Of a stretch of DNA of 64,000 bases, positions 47,703-56,741 are shown piece by piece. Origin of the DNA: Escherichia phage vB_EcoM_ESCO47; sequence record OM386662.1; one strand, written 5' to 3'. Position 1 is the first letter of the stretch. Each line of letters begins with the position of its first letter. Position numbers and translations under genes: made by a program. Below the pieces are notes generated by a model. It worked only from the letters and a program-made list of their open reading frames with translations. It had not been told where the DNA came from and searched no databases.

Positions 47703-48113
47703 ATGAAGATACAAACTGATTCTACCCTAACCGAGCTCCATGAGCAAATAGAAGAACTCGGACTACCATGGTTTGAAGTTCCAATTTATGATTTCACAAT
47801 AGTGCCCTTGACTCCTGAAGATGAGGATGTCGCATCAGAGATATTTGAAGATGTTGAAATCGGTGATTCGTATGGTGTGACTCTTTCGTACAGTTCTGTT
47901 ATAGTTCTTACGATAAACTTGAATGAATCATGGGTGAACACCTTAGCGCATGAAATCGTTCATATCAAAAACAGTATTGCGGCGCATAAAGGGATAAAGT
48001 GGTGTGTAAACAATGACGAGGCTGAAGCCTACCTAGTCGGATGGTTATCTGAACAACTTTTTAAATTTTACACAAATCGTTTAAAAACAGTTTACACACC
48101 AAATGATAAGTGA
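47703..48113 (+). CDS. Putative zinc metallopeptidase-motif protein
   Basis: HExxH motif LAHEIVHIK; start set at MKIQTDS with AAGGAG RBS. Confidence 0.45.
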   Translation: MKIQTDSTLTELHEQIEELGLPWFEVPIYDFTIVPLTPEDEDVASEIFEDVEIGDSYGVTLSYSSVIVLTINLNESWVNTLAHEIVHIKNSIAAHKGIKWCVNNDEAEAYLVGWLSEQLFKFYTNRLKTVYTPNDK

Positions 48114-48130
48114 TACTATCGACCTATCAA
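48090..48130 (+). promoter_or_regulatory. T4-type early promoter (inside 3' end of upstream gene)
   Basis: GTTTAC ... TGATACTAT ... CCTATCAA. Confidence 0.5.
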
Positions 48131-48147
48131 CTACCGATGAGAACATT

Positions 48148-48330
48148 ATGCTTATCAAAGATAAAGAAATTAAAGTTGACTGGTATTATTCGGTAAATGG
48201 CTATCCTGTACAGGTAACCAAAGTGACTGACCAAGATGTATGGTATCGTCCTTTGAAACGGCCTGACTCACCATTAATGGTATGTAATCATTCGGTGTTT
48301 TGTTCGGTAGCAAAGGAAATTAAATCATGA
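48148..48330 (+). CDS. Hypothetical protein
   Basis: Start set at MLIKDKEIK downstream of early promoter. Confidence 0.4.
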   Translation: MLIKDKEIKVDWYYSVNGYPVQVTKVTDQDVWYRPLKRPDSPLMVCNHSVFCSVAKEIKS

Positions 48331-48575
48331 GCCTGAAAATACACGCAAAGAGAAATGTTATTACCCTGAATCTTGACGACGAACGTTTGATTTTTATTAC
48401 TATCACAGATAAAAATATTGAAATTGCTAATGGTCCTAAGGCTTATTGCTGTCCTGTTAAGAATTGGAAACACGTAACATTTCTTACTTTAGGCGACCTC
48501 CTTGAAGATATTAAATTGGATTTAGGAATTCGAGATATCCAATACATTAAAAATATTATTGATGCTAACTGCTGA
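48327..48575 (+). CDS. Hypothetical protein
   Basis: 82-aa ATGA-coupled ORF. Confidence 0.45.
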   Translation: MSLKIHAKRNVITLNLDDERLIFITITDKNIEIANGPKAYCCPVKNWKHVTFLTLGDLLEDIKLDLGIRDIQYIKNIIDANC

Positions 48576-48583
48576 GGTAACTA

Positions 48584-48876
48584 TGGGTAAAACTATCCGT
48601 CGTAAAGAATTGACTGTAAAAGATTTTTATTATTCAGGACGCCGTAAAGCACCTGACGGTGTAAGTCAGGATCAAGTTGAAGAAAATATCTTCCGTTCCG
48701 ATAAGTGGAAACGTATGCGCGGAACCAGTTCTGAAGTTAAAAAGCATCAAAGCAGCCTTTTACGAGGCGAAGTAAGAAAATTGAAAAAAGATGTTTACAG
48801 TAAAGAGGATTATGATTATAATACTTCTCATACTGAAGCCAAACGTAAAGCCAATGAATGTTTCAAATACAGTTGA
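48584..48876 (+). CDS. Hypothetical basic protein
   Basis: Start MGKTIRRK with GAGGT RBS. Confidence 0.45.
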
Positions 48877-48885
48877 GGAAATTGA

Positions 48886-49036
48886 TATGACTATTTTAAC
48901 AGAATCCGTAAAACGCACTCTCTACAAGCAAGGTCTTTATTCACTGCCACGTGCTCCTAAAGCAGATTCAAGCAAATGGACCCTGGCAAAGTGGATTAAG
49001 TTTATTGACGAAAATGGGACTTGGAACACAAAATGA
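48886..49036 (+). CDS. Hypothetical small protein
   Basis: Start MTILTESVK after GAGGAAATTGATATG junction (same junction precedes 49309). Confidence 0.35.
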
Positions 49037-49233
49037 ACACTGAAAATATTGTGTCATGGCAACTTCGTGAAGAACGCGCCGAATTCTTTGCCAACATGAA
49101 ACTCAACGGTGTTGAGGACGAAGACTTTTTACGCTGGTTCTGGATTTACAAATATAAAGAATGCCAACATGCCGTGCTATTGACTTGCGCAGTTATGTAC
49201 GAAGGCTGGAAAGGTGCCAAAAAGTTCGGATAA
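49033..49233 (+). CDS. Hypothetical protein
   Basis: ATGA-coupled start MNTENIV. Confidence 0.4.
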   Translation: MNTENIVSWQLREERAEFFANMKLNGVEDEDFLRWFWIYKYKECQHAVLLTCAVMYEGWKGAKKFG

Positions 49234-49236
49234 CGA

Positions 49237-49271
49237 TTTACAAACTCTTGGGAGTAGAGTATAATACTCCC
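49237..49271 (+). promoter_or_regulatory. Sigma70-type promoter with -10 embedded in a palindrome (second copy)
   Basis: TTTACA-N17-TATAAT; inverted repeat GGGAGTA / TACTCCC with compensatory changes relative to copy at 21218. Confidence 0.5.
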
Positions 49272-49308
49272 AATGGATAATAAAATTTTAATTACCGAGG
49301 AAATTGAT

Positions 49309-49641
49309 ATGTCTACTGAAATCAAAAATGTTGTTAACTCCTTTGCCTACGATAAAGTTGTAGATCTGATGGAAAAAGGCAATTCTGTTACTCCTCAAAT
49401 TCTTGATGCATGGGAAGCGCGCCTTTATGAAATCATGCAGAAACATGATCAAAAAATCGGACGTAATTCAATTCGTGAAATTCTGGTTCAGTACATTCTC
49501 TCTGAATTTGATGTTGCAGCATTTGGTGTTGAATCAAAAGCTTACCAGAAACATGAAATCTCTGAAACGACTATCCGTCGTATGAAGAATCAGCGTAAGA
49601 AAAAATTCGTTGACCTGAAAATTGTTAAGGCGGCAAAATGA
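49309..49641 (+). CDS. Hypothetical protein
   Basis: Start MSTEIKNVV after GAGGAA RBS; sigma70-type promoter upstream. Confidence 0.45.
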   Translation: MSTEIKNVVNSFAYDKVVDLMEKGNSVTPQILDAWEARLYEIMQKHDQKIGRNSIREILVQYILSEFDVAAFGVESKAYQKHEISETTIRRMKNQRKKKFVDLKIVKAAK

Positions 49642-49865
49642 GCTTAAACGAAACTTTGATTAATGACCTTCGTTTAGCTGGTTATGAAGTAAACACCAAT
49701 AACATTGGTTTGATTCAGATCGAAGGTCCTGGATTTATTTTAGAACATGAATTCAATCAGTGGTGGTTATATGAATCATATGACGATTCACTGCATTTTG
49801 AATACGTCGACCAGTTTGATCGTTTAGATGATGCTCTGGAAGCGGCTAAGTCGATGAGTCTATAG
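49638..49865 (+). CDS. Hypothetical acidic protein
   Basis: 75-aa ATGA-coupled ORF. Confidence 0.45.
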   Translation: MSLNETLINDLRLAGYEVNTNNIGLIQIEGPGFILEHEFNQWWLYESYDDSLHFEYVDQFDRLDDALEAAKSMSL

Positions 49866-49879
49866 TCGATAGTATCTCG

Positions 49880-49917
49880 TGCTTTAAGACGGGTCTTCAA
49901 ATATTATGATATAATAG
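49880..49917 (+). promoter_or_regulatory. Promoter upstream of gene 55 (class uncertain)
   Basis: TGCTTTA box-like element, TGATATAAT extended -10 and CCTATGAA start region. Confidence 0.35.
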
Positions 49918-49944
49918 ACCTATGAATTGAGCCAAGAGGTACTT

Positions 49945-50505
49945 ATGACTAATGTAAAGTTAACCAAAAATAACTATGTAAATAACAAAGAGCTTCTCGC
50001 TGCTATAACGGAGTGGAAAAAGGAGCTCCTAAATAATAAAGACCATAATAAAATTGTTCGACAGAATGATACAATAGGGTTGGCAATTATGCTAATTGCT
50101 GAAGGTCTCTCTAAACGTTTTAACTTTTCAGGATACACCCAGTCTTGGAAACAAGAAATGATTGCCGACGGAATTGAAGCTTCTATTAAAGGACTTCATA
50201 ATTTTGATGAGACTAAATACACTAACCCACATGCATACATAACTCAAGCTTGTTTTAATGCTTTTGTCCAACGTATCAAAAAAGAGCGTAAGGAAGTTGC
50301 AAAGAAATATAGTTACTTCGTTCATAATGTCTATGACAGCCATGACGATGATATGGTAGCGTTGGTAGATGAAACCTTTATTCAGGACATTTACGATAAA
50401 ATGACGCATTACGAAGAATCTGCTTATAAAGCTCCTGGGGCTGAAAAGAAGGAAACTGTTCGCGATTCACCAAGTTTGGATTTTTTATATGAGGACGACA
50501 ATTGA
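49945..50505 (+). CDS. 55: Late-transcription sigma factor gp55
   Basis: [20 protein letters not shown]...[47 protein letters not shown] matches recalled T4 gp55; start set at MTNVKL with AGAGGT RBS. Confidence 0.9.
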   Translation: MTNVKLTKNNYVNNKELLAAITEWKKELLNNKDHNKIVRQNDTIGLAIMLIAEGLSKRFNFSGYTQSWKQEMIADGIEASIKGLHNFDETKYTNPHAYITQACFNAFVQRIKKERKEVAKKYSYFVHNVYDSHDDDMVALVDETFIQDIYDKMTHYEESAYKAPGAEKKETVRDSPSLDFLYEDDN

Positions 50506-50707
50506 CATCTCTAATTTTTTAGAAGAACCATTTGATGAAGCATTACCTTATTCCGTAAAAATGTTGGGTCGAGAAGCATTTAAAATTAATTTCGATATCG
50601 ACCCTTTAAATCCACATGACGTATCCTTTTCAATTAATGGACAAGAAGTTGAGTACACGTTTAGTATTGAAGAGGATGGACGTTTTTATTTTAATTTGAT
50701 GAGATAA
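50489..50707 (+). CDS. Hypothetical protein
   Basis: 72-aa ORF overlapping gene 55 end; start uncertain. Confidence 0.35.
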   Translation: MRTTIDISNFLEEPFDEALPYSVKMLGREAFKINFDIDPLNPHDVSFSINGQEVEYTFSIEEDGRFYFNLMR

Positions 50708-50708
50708 T

Positions 50709-51074
50709 ATGAATACCGAGATTATTGAAAGCGCTGAACATAAATTGGCTAAAGAATTTGAAGAAATTCGTGAAGCCGAAAACAAAGAAGCCGAAGATAA
50801 AGTAGCCAAAATGCTACAAGAAATCCAAAAGAAAAATGAAGCTGAAGCCGCTAAGAAAGCCGAAAAGATTCTTAAAAAGAATCGCGGTGAACTCAACCGT
50901 CTTTATGCTCATGCGCAAGAAGCTGCAATTCAAAATAACTTCGAAGCTTATGAATACGCTATTAAAAAATCTCGTGATATTCTGCGTCAACCTTACACCG
51001 ACGAATTGATTAAAATTCAGTGGGTTACCACTCGTCAGGCTATTGAGGATATCATTAATGGCATTAGTAAATAA
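50709..51074 (+). CDS. Hypothetical helical protein
   Basis: 121-aa ORF, Glu/Lys/Ala-rich. Confidence 0.45.
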   Translation: MNTEIIESAEHKLAKEFEEIREAENKEAEDKVAKMLQEIQKKNEAEAAKKAEKILKKNRGELNRLYAHAQEAAIQNNFEAYEYAIKKSRDILRQPYTDELIKIQWVTTRQAIEDIINGISK

Positions 51075-51258
51075 ACCATTTAAACGGCTTCTAGTAGGAG
51101 CCGCTTTTAGACTTCGCTCTTATGGTGATATTTGTATCAAGCAGTCCGAAACCGAATACAAAATGATTGGACGTACGTCTGATGGTATTTTTCAGATTGA
51201 GCCTGTAGCGAAGGTATGGGTAGATTCACATCAACTTAAAAAATGGTGGCAGCGTTGA
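51058..51258 (+). CDS. Hypothetical protein
   Basis: Start MALVNKPF with GAGGA RBS; followed by intrinsic terminator. Confidence 0.4.
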   Translation: MALVNKPFKRLLVGAAFRLRSYGDICIKQSETEYKMIGRTSDGIFQIEPVAKVWVDSHQLKKWWQR

Positions 51259-51266
51259 ATAATTTA

Positions 51267-51293
51267 AAGGAAGCACTAGTGCTTCCTTTTTTT
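51267..51293 (+). terminator. Intrinsic terminator
   Basis: AGGAAGCAC-TA-GTGCTTCCT palindrome followed by TTTTTTT. Confidence 0.7.
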
Positions 51294-51317
51294 GCTTTCT
51301 ATACGGGATGATAGAAT
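51291..51317 (+). promoter_or_regulatory. MotA-dependent middle promoter candidate (genes 47/46)
   Basis: TTTGCTTTC, 12 bp, -10 TAGAAT; directly after terminator. Confidence 0.45.
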
Positions 51318-51341
51318 GAATTATCTTAATGAGGAAATGAT

Positions 51342-52361
51342 ATGAAAATTTTGCAATTAGGTGACTTCCATATCGGGGTCAAACAAGACGACCCATGGGT
51401 TCAAGATATTCAGCGTGACGGCATTCGACAAGCAATTGAGTATTCTAAGAAAAACGGAATTAACACATGGATTCAATATGGTGATTGGTTTGATGTCCGT
51501 AAAGCAATAACACATCGCACAATGGAATTTAACCGTGAACTGGTCAACATGATTACTAAAGCTGGTATTCGTGTCCATGTAACTATCGGGAATCATGACA
51601 TTGCGTTCAAGAATACAATAACACCAAATACGGTTTCTGAACTACTTACCCAATTTGAAAACTTTACAATCTATGAACATCCAACTACAGTAGATTTCGA
51701 CGGTTGTCTTATTGATATTATTCCATGGATGTGTGAAGAGAATACAGGCGAAATCTTAGAACATATCAAAACGAGTTCAGCCGCGTATTGTGTTGGGCAC
51801 TGGGAACTGAATGGCTTTTATTTCTATAAAGGAATGAAGTCTCATGGGCTTGAACCTGATTTCTTAAAGACTTATAAACAAGTCTGGTCCGGCCACTTCC
51901 ACACAATCTCTGAAGCTGCTAACGTCAAATATATTGGGACACCATGGACCCTTACTGCAGGTGATGAGAATGATCCTCGCGGATTCTGGGTATTTGACAC
52001 TGATGTTGAACGTATGGAATTTATTCCTAATGAAACAACATGGCATCGACGAATCACTTATCCGTTTAAAGGCAAAATCAATTATTCTGATTATACTAAT
52101 CTAGCCGTACGTGTTATAGTATCAGAAATTGATTCAGAGTTGACTAAGTTTGAATCTGAACTTGAAAAAGTAGTTCACTCTCTTCGTATGGTTTCTAAAG
52201 TTGATAACAGTGTTGAATCTGATGACGACCAGGAAATCGAGATTAAATCACTTCAAGATATCATTAAAGAATATATTGACGCGATTCCAGATATCTCGGA
52301 CGAAGACAGAGAAGCGCTGGTCAAATATTCCAACGAACTTTATATTGAGGCAACACAATGA
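51342..52361 (+). CDS. 47: Recombination endonuclease subunit gp47 (Mre11-like)
   Basis: MKILQLGDFHIGVKQDDPWVQ...; phosphoesterase motifs GDxHxG, GNHD; 339 aa as T4 gp47. Confidence 0.95.
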   Translation: MKILQLGDFHIGVKQDDPWVQDIQRDGIRQAIEYSKKNGINTWIQYGDWFDVRKAITHRTMEFNRELVNMITKAGIRVHVTIGNHDIAFKNTITPNTVSELLTQFENFTIYEHPTTVDFDGCLIDIIPWMCEENTGEILEHIKTSSAAYCVGHWELNGFYFYKGMKSHGLEPDFLKTYKQVWSGHFHTISEAANVKYIGTPWTLTAGDENDPRGFWVFDTDVERMEFIPNETTWHRRITYPFKGKINYSDYTNLAVRVIVSEIDSELTKFESELEKVVHSLRMVSKVDNSVESDDDQEIEIKSLQDIIKEYIDAIPDISDEDREALVKYSNELYIEATQ

Positions 52362-52615
52362 CTTTAGATGAATTTAACAATGCTGGACTCAGGCTTGAAG
52401 TTGAAATGGACGTTAAAGATGATGATGGATTCGAGAACACTATCAAGTATTGGATTGAGCCATTACGCGTTGAAGGCAATGAAGTTAAAGCAGTTCATGT
52501 CTGCACCGACTGGGCTATTGAATTTAGCTTTAATATAATGGACGACGATACTCCTGGCTCTATTCTTAAAATGGCTGAAGCATGTATCAAGGATGCGTAT
52601 AATGACGAAGACTGA
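52358..52615 (+). CDS. Hypothetical protein (T4 46.2 position)
   Basis: 85-aa ATGA-coupled ORF. Confidence 0.45.
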   Translation: MTLDEFNNAGLRLEVEMDVKDDDGFENTIKYWIEPLRVEGNEVKAVHVCTDWAIEFSFNIMDDDTPGSILKMAEACIKDAYNDED

Positions 52616-52841
52616 TTATGAAATCCATCGTCATGAATTTAGTATTGATGACGGTTATATTGGTGTCGTTGAATGGACTGAGAATTACGAGGAGACAACT
52701 CCTCGTTTCTTTGGAACAATGTATGTTACCTGTGAGTACGCACCGGGTGTTGTTATGTATGCAGAACTAGATGAATATTTTGCTGATAGAGATGACATGT
52801 TAAAATATGTAGAGGACTTCATTCGAAGAGAATACATATGA
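52593..52841 (+). CDS. Hypothetical protein (T4 46.1 position)
   Basis: 82-aa ORF with AAGGA RBS. Confidence 0.45.
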   Translation: MRIMTKTDYEIHRHEFSIDDGYIGVVEWTENYEETTPRFFGTMYVTCEYAPGVVMYAELDEYFADRDDMLKYVEDFIRREYI

Positions 52842-54526
52842 AATCATTTAAATTAAATCGTGTTCGTTATAAAAATATAATGTCTGTTGGGCAAAATTTT
52901 ATCGATATCCAATTAGATAAAGTCCAAAAGACCTTAATCACAGGTAAAAATGGTGGTGGTAAATCTACGATGTTAGAAGCCATCACTTTTGGACTTTTCG
53001 GCAAACCATTTCGTGATGTTAAGAAAGGACAAATCATTAATAGCACGAACAAGAAAGAGCTCTTAGTTGAGCTTTGGATGGAATTCGATGATAAAAAATA
53101 CTTCATCAAACGAGGTCAAAAGCCCAATATTTTCGAAATCTCCGTTGACGGTGTTCGTCTCGATGAATCTGCCAGCAGTCGTGACTTCCAAGAAGAATTT
53201 GAACGTAGCATCGGAATGTCCTATGCGTCTTTTAAACAAATCGTCGTTCTTGGTACAGCAGGGTATACCCCTTTCATGGCTCTTAGCACCCCAGCTCGTA
53301 GAAAACTTGTCGAAGACCTTTTAGAAGTCGGCACACTCGCTGAAATGGATAAAATCAATAAGTCTCAAGTTCGCGAACTTAATTCCCGGGGGCAAGTTCT
53401 CGATGCCAAGAAAGATGGTGTTATCCAACAAATTAAGATTTATAATGAGAATATCGAACGTCAAAAGAAATTATCCGGTGATAATGTAGCTCGTCTACAG
53501 AATATGTATGATGACCTGGCTAAAGAAGCTCGGTCATTAAAAGCAGAAATCGAAGAAGCTAATGAGCGACTACTTAATATCGTTCTTGACGAAGACCCTA
53601 CTGAGGCATTCAACAAGATAGGACAAGAAGCATTATTGATTAAATCTAAAATTGACTCATATAACAAAGTTATTAAGATGTATCATGACGGCGGTACATG
53701 TCCTACTTGTGCATCACAGTTGCACCAGGGTGATCCTATTGTCTCTAAGATTACCGATAAGCTTCATGAATGTAATCACTCATTCGAGCAACTTACCTGT
53801 CACAGAGATAATCTGAGTGTCCTAGTGGACGAATATAGAGCTAATGTTAAGACTAAACAGGACCTTGCATCTGATATTCGTACCAAGAAACAAGCAATGA
53901 TTGCCACTATTGATAAAGCTAAGAAAGTTAAAGCTGCAATAGAGCAAGCCTCAGCAGAATTTATCGACCATGCCGATGAGATAGCTTTGCTTCAAAAAGA
54001 ACTTGATAAAATCATTAAAACAAAATCGGATATCGTTCTTGAAAAATACCATCGTGGTATTATCACAGATATGTTAAAAGATTCTGGTATTAAAGGTGCT
54101 ATCATTAAAAAATATGTGCCTCTGTTCAACAAGCAGATTAACCATTACCTTAAAATCATGGAAGCTGATTACGTGTTTTCTATTGATGAAGAATTCAATG
54201 AATCTATAAAATCCCGTGGTCGTGAAGATTTTAGTTATGCTTCATTTAGCCAAGGTGAAAAAGCACGTATTGATATCGCTTTATTGTTCACATGGCGAGA
54301 TATTGCTGAAAAGGTTTCTGGTGTTAGAATCAATACATTAATTATGGACGAAGTCATGGATTCCGCGACTGATTCTGAAGGTATTAAAGCTATTTCAACA
54401 ATTCTTAACTCTCTAACCGATGCAAACGTGTTTATAATTAGTCACAGAGACCATGACCCACAAGCTTATGGACAACATCTTCAAATGAGCAAAGTTGGAC
54501 GATTTACTGTAATGAAAGCCTCTTAA
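52838..54526 (+). CDS. 46: Recombination endonuclease subunit gp46 (Rad50/SbcC-like ATPase)
   Basis: Walker A GKNGGGKST, long coiled coil with CPTC zinc hook, signature SQGEKARIDIAL, Walker B LIMDEV; 562 aa. Confidence 0.95.
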   Translation: MKSFKLNRVRYKNIMSVGQNFIDIQLDKVQKTLITGKNGGGKSTMLEAITFGLFGKPFRDVKKGQIINSTNKKELLVELWMEFDDKKYFIKRGQKPNIFEISVDGVRLDESASSRDFQEEFERSIGMSYASFKQIVVLGTAGYTPFMALSTPARRKLVEDLLEVGTLAEMDKINKSQVRELNSRGQVLDAKKDGVIQQIKIYNENIERQKKLSGDNVARLQNMYDDLAKEARSLKAEIEEANERLLNIVLDEDPTEAFNKIGQEALLIKSKIDSYNKVIKMYHDGGTCPTCASQLHQGDPIVSKITDKLHECNHSFEQLTCHRDNLSVLVDEYRANVKTKQDLASDIRTKKQAMIATIDKAKKVKAAIEQASAEFIDHADEIALLQKELDKIIKTKSDIVLEKYHRGIITDMLKDSGIKGAIIKKYVPLFNKQINHYLKIMEADYVFSIDEEFNESIKSRGREDFSYASFSQGEKARIDIALLFTWRDIAEKVSGVRINTLIMDEVMDSATDSEGIKAISTILNSLTDANVFIISHRDHDPQAYGQHLQMSKVGRFTVMKAS

Positions 54527-55239
54527 TGAGGCTTATGTTTACAGTTATCAAAATGCCAACGATGCATATTAGCAGGGATCCCTATTTTATCGCAATGAGG
54601 ACATTTAATTTTCTTGTCCTCTTTTTTCTTTCTGTTAGGATTTGATTTACAGAATTTTATATGCGGCTTTAACGCCGATAACTTAGTAGTTAAGCCACAA
54701 AACGGGCAAGAATCTTCTTTCCAAATTTTCGTGGCCATGGTTTTAATTATTTTATCCTTTGTTTCTTGATCAAGTTTTACTATTTTAGGCGTAGGGCCTT
54801 GTTTACAGTTATCAAAATGCCAACGTCTCATGTTTCCTTCAGTGCCAGTTAAACCGCAGTGTGGACATGTAATCTTTGGTTTATTTTTTGCAGACTCGGA
54901 CATTTTCTTACGAGTTTCAGCAGTGAATTCTTTGTTCTTTTGAACTTCTTGATTCTTACGTCGAAGCCATCCAAATAATTTGTTTTTGCTTCTATCTGCT
55001 TTAGGAGATGAGATAGTCATCATACGAGCAGCATATATTAAAGAGGCATTATCTGGATGGATTTTTACTAGCAGTTGATGTGCCAAATAATGTTCTTCTG
55101 GTGTTAAATCTACTAAGTTTAAAGCATCATCACTTCCACCTAAACATTGTGGTATAATGTAATGACGTTCTGTATAACCATCTAAACTTCTTGATTTAGC
55201 ATTGGTGATAAGCTTTTCGTATATTGAGTTATAATTCAT
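54523..55239 (-). CDS. Free-standing HNH homing-endonuclease-like protein with triple zinc-finger repeats
   Basis: N-terminal HNH-like ERHYIIPQCLGGSDDALNLVDLTPEEHYLAH; three CPHCG...WHFDNCK repeats; opposite strand to neighbours; AAGGA RBS. Confidence 0.7.
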   Translation of the reverse strand: MNYNSIYEKLITNAKSRSLDGYTERHYIIPQCLGGSDDALNLVDLTPEEHYLAHQLLVKIHPDNASLIYAARMMTISSPKADRSKNKLFGWLRRKNQEVQKNKEFTAETRKKMSESAKNKPKITCPHCGLTGTEGNMRRWHFDNCKQGPTPKIVKLDQETKDKIIKTMATKIWKEDSCPFCGLTTKLSALKPHIKFCKSNPNRKKKEDKKIKCPHCDKIGIPANMHRWHFDNCKHKPH

Positions 55240-55284
55240 TTACTAAATCCTTATTTGATACAGCAACAGATAAATTGATAAACC

Positions 55285-55292
55285 TATTTATA
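55285..55292 (-). promoter_or_regulatory. T4 late promoter (HNH endonuclease gene)
   Basis: TATAAATA on minus strand 46 nt upstream of the HNH gene start. Confidence 0.5.
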
Positions 55293-55318
55293 TTGCTTTA
55301 AACACGGAGATTTATAAT
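55293..55318 (+). promoter_or_regulatory. MotA-dependent middle promoter candidate (45.2/rpbA/45)
   Basis: TTGCTTTA, 12 bp, -10 TATAAT. Confidence 0.4.
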
Positions 55319-55508
55319 GGCTGAATTTTCAACCGGACAACAACTTCTAGCTGTTCCAGAAATTAAAAAATATGTTCTGACTAATACCTTTTCAGGTGAA
55401 GAACATATTGTTACTGAAGAAATGCTCAAAAATGCTTTTAAAAATGAGTATTATAAAATAATGTCTAATCGTTCAAATGCTTTTATTGTTAGCGACTACT
55501 ATGACTAA
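55317..55508 (+). CDS. Conserved hypothetical protein (T4 45.2 position)
   Basis: 63-aa ORF; synteny. Confidence 0.5.
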   Translation: MAEFSTGQQLLAVPEIKKYVLTNTFSGEEHIVTEEMLKNAFKNEYYKIMSNRSNAFIVSDYYD

Positions 55509-55521
55509 AGAGAGAAATAAT

Positions 55522-55938
55522 ATGTTTACTACTGCTAAAGGTTTTACTGCTGCTGATCTGAAAGTTACTTCTATTCGTACTGACGCTAACCCACATAACC
55601 GGAATCGTGTTCGTAAAGCATGGGTCCTGCATTGTGATGATGTAAGCGCTAAGAAACTTCAGTCTCTGCCACAAGAAATTAAATTCATGCTGTATGGTTT
55701 CATTGATAATGATGTTTCCGATAAGTGGATCGAACTAATGCGCAAACATCGTGAAAATGCTATCGCAGCTGGTGGTAAAATGATTCTAGATAAAGATGGT
55801 TCAGAACGATTGGAAGACTTCTATTGTGTAGACTCAAATGACCAACTTATTGCAGCCGGTGAAATTGTAGCTGCTAAGATTCCAGAATATATTGAAACAC
55901 TGCCTGAAGCTATTAAAAAGCAAATGGTTGCTGCATAA
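55522..55938 (+). CDS. rpbA: RNA polymerase binding protein RpbA
   Basis: Position immediately upstream of gene 45 as in T4; start set at MFTTAKG with AAGAGAG RBS. Confidence 0.55.
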   Translation: MFTTAKGFTAADLKVTSIRTDANPHNRNRVRKAWVLHCDDVSAKKLQSLPQEIKFMLYGFIDNDVSDKWIELMRKHRENAIAAGGKMILDKDGSERLEDFYCVDSNDQLIAAGEIVAAKIPEYIETLPEAIKKQMVAA

Positions 55939-55987
55939 TATTTTTGATATAAAATAAACTTCTTGATTTGAATTGAAAGGAAATAAA

Positions 55988-56674
55988 ATGAAACTGACTA
56001 AAGACACCATCGCTATTCTTAAAAACTTTGCTTCCATTAACTCTGGTGTCATGCTTACTCCAGGTAAGTTTATTATGACTCGGGCTATTAACGGAACCAC
56101 ATATGCTGAAGCAACTATTACTGACGAAATTGATTTTGAAGTTGCTCTTTATGACCTTAACAGTTTTTTAAGTATTCTGAGTCTTGTTTCTGATGATGCA
56201 GAAATTTCTATGAATGAAGACGGTAATATTAAAATCGCCGACACTCGTTCTACTGTTTACTGGCCAGCCGCAGACAAGAGTACAATCGTATTCCCTAACA
56301 AACCAATTCAGTTCCCGGTAGCATCGGTTATCACTGAAATTAAAGCTGAAGACCTTCAGCAATTGCTTCGAGTTTCACGTGGACTCCAGATCGATACAAT
56401 TGCTATCACTAATAAAGATGGTAAAATCGTTGTAAATGGTTATAACAAAGTTGAAGACTCTGGTCTTACTCGTCCTAAGTATTCTTTGACTCTGACTGAT
56501 TATGATGGTTCTAATAACTTCAACTTTGTAATCAATATGGCTAACATGAAAATTCAACCAGGCAATTACAAAGTTATGCTCTGGGGAGCTGGTGATAAAG
56601 TTGCAGCCAAGTTCGAAAGCTCTCAAGTTAGTTATGTTATTGCAATGGAAGCTGATTCCACTCACGATTTCTAA
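55988..56674 (+). CDS. 45: Sliding clamp gp45
   Basis: MKLTKDTIAILKNFASINSGVMLTPGKFIMTRAINGTTYAEA... matches recalled T4 gp45; 228 aa. Confidence 0.95.
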   Translation: MKLTKDTIAILKNFASINSGVMLTPGKFIMTRAINGTTYAEATITDEIDFEVALYDLNSFLSILSLVSDDAEISMNEDGNIKIADTRSTVYWPAADKSTIVFPNKPIQFPVASVITEIKAEDLQQLLRVSRGLQIDTIAITNKDGKIVVNGYNKVEDSGLTRPKYSLTLTDYDGSNNFNFVINMANMKIQPGNYKVMLWGAGDKVAAKFESSQVSYVIAMEADSTHDF

Positions 56675-56700
56675 GCTTTACGTTTAATATGTTATGATTT

Positions 56701-56723
56701 GGAGGAGAAATCCTCCACTTTTT
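56701..56723 (+). terminator. Hairpin plus T-run between genes 45 and 44 (attenuator candidate)
   Basis: GGAGGA-GAAA-TCCTCC followed by ACTTTTTG. Confidence 0.5.
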
Positions 56724-56741
56724 GATAATGAGGAAAATTAT

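Larger units (their letters stand above)
54523..55292 (-). mobile_element. Candidate homing-endonuclease gene insertion between genes 46 and 45.2
   Basis: Reverse-oriented HNH gene with its own late-type promoter in an otherwise collinear replication module; no equivalent recalled at this junction in T4. Confidence 0.5.

Noticed and set aside
17330-49926. Regularly recurring similar 40-bp blocks (GTTTAC ... TATAGT ... CCTATCAA) considered as a possible CRISPR array or repeat family
   Set aside because: Spacing is irregular (one per gene), each block sits 15-30 bp upstream of a start codon and has promoter architecture; interpreted as T4-type early promoters
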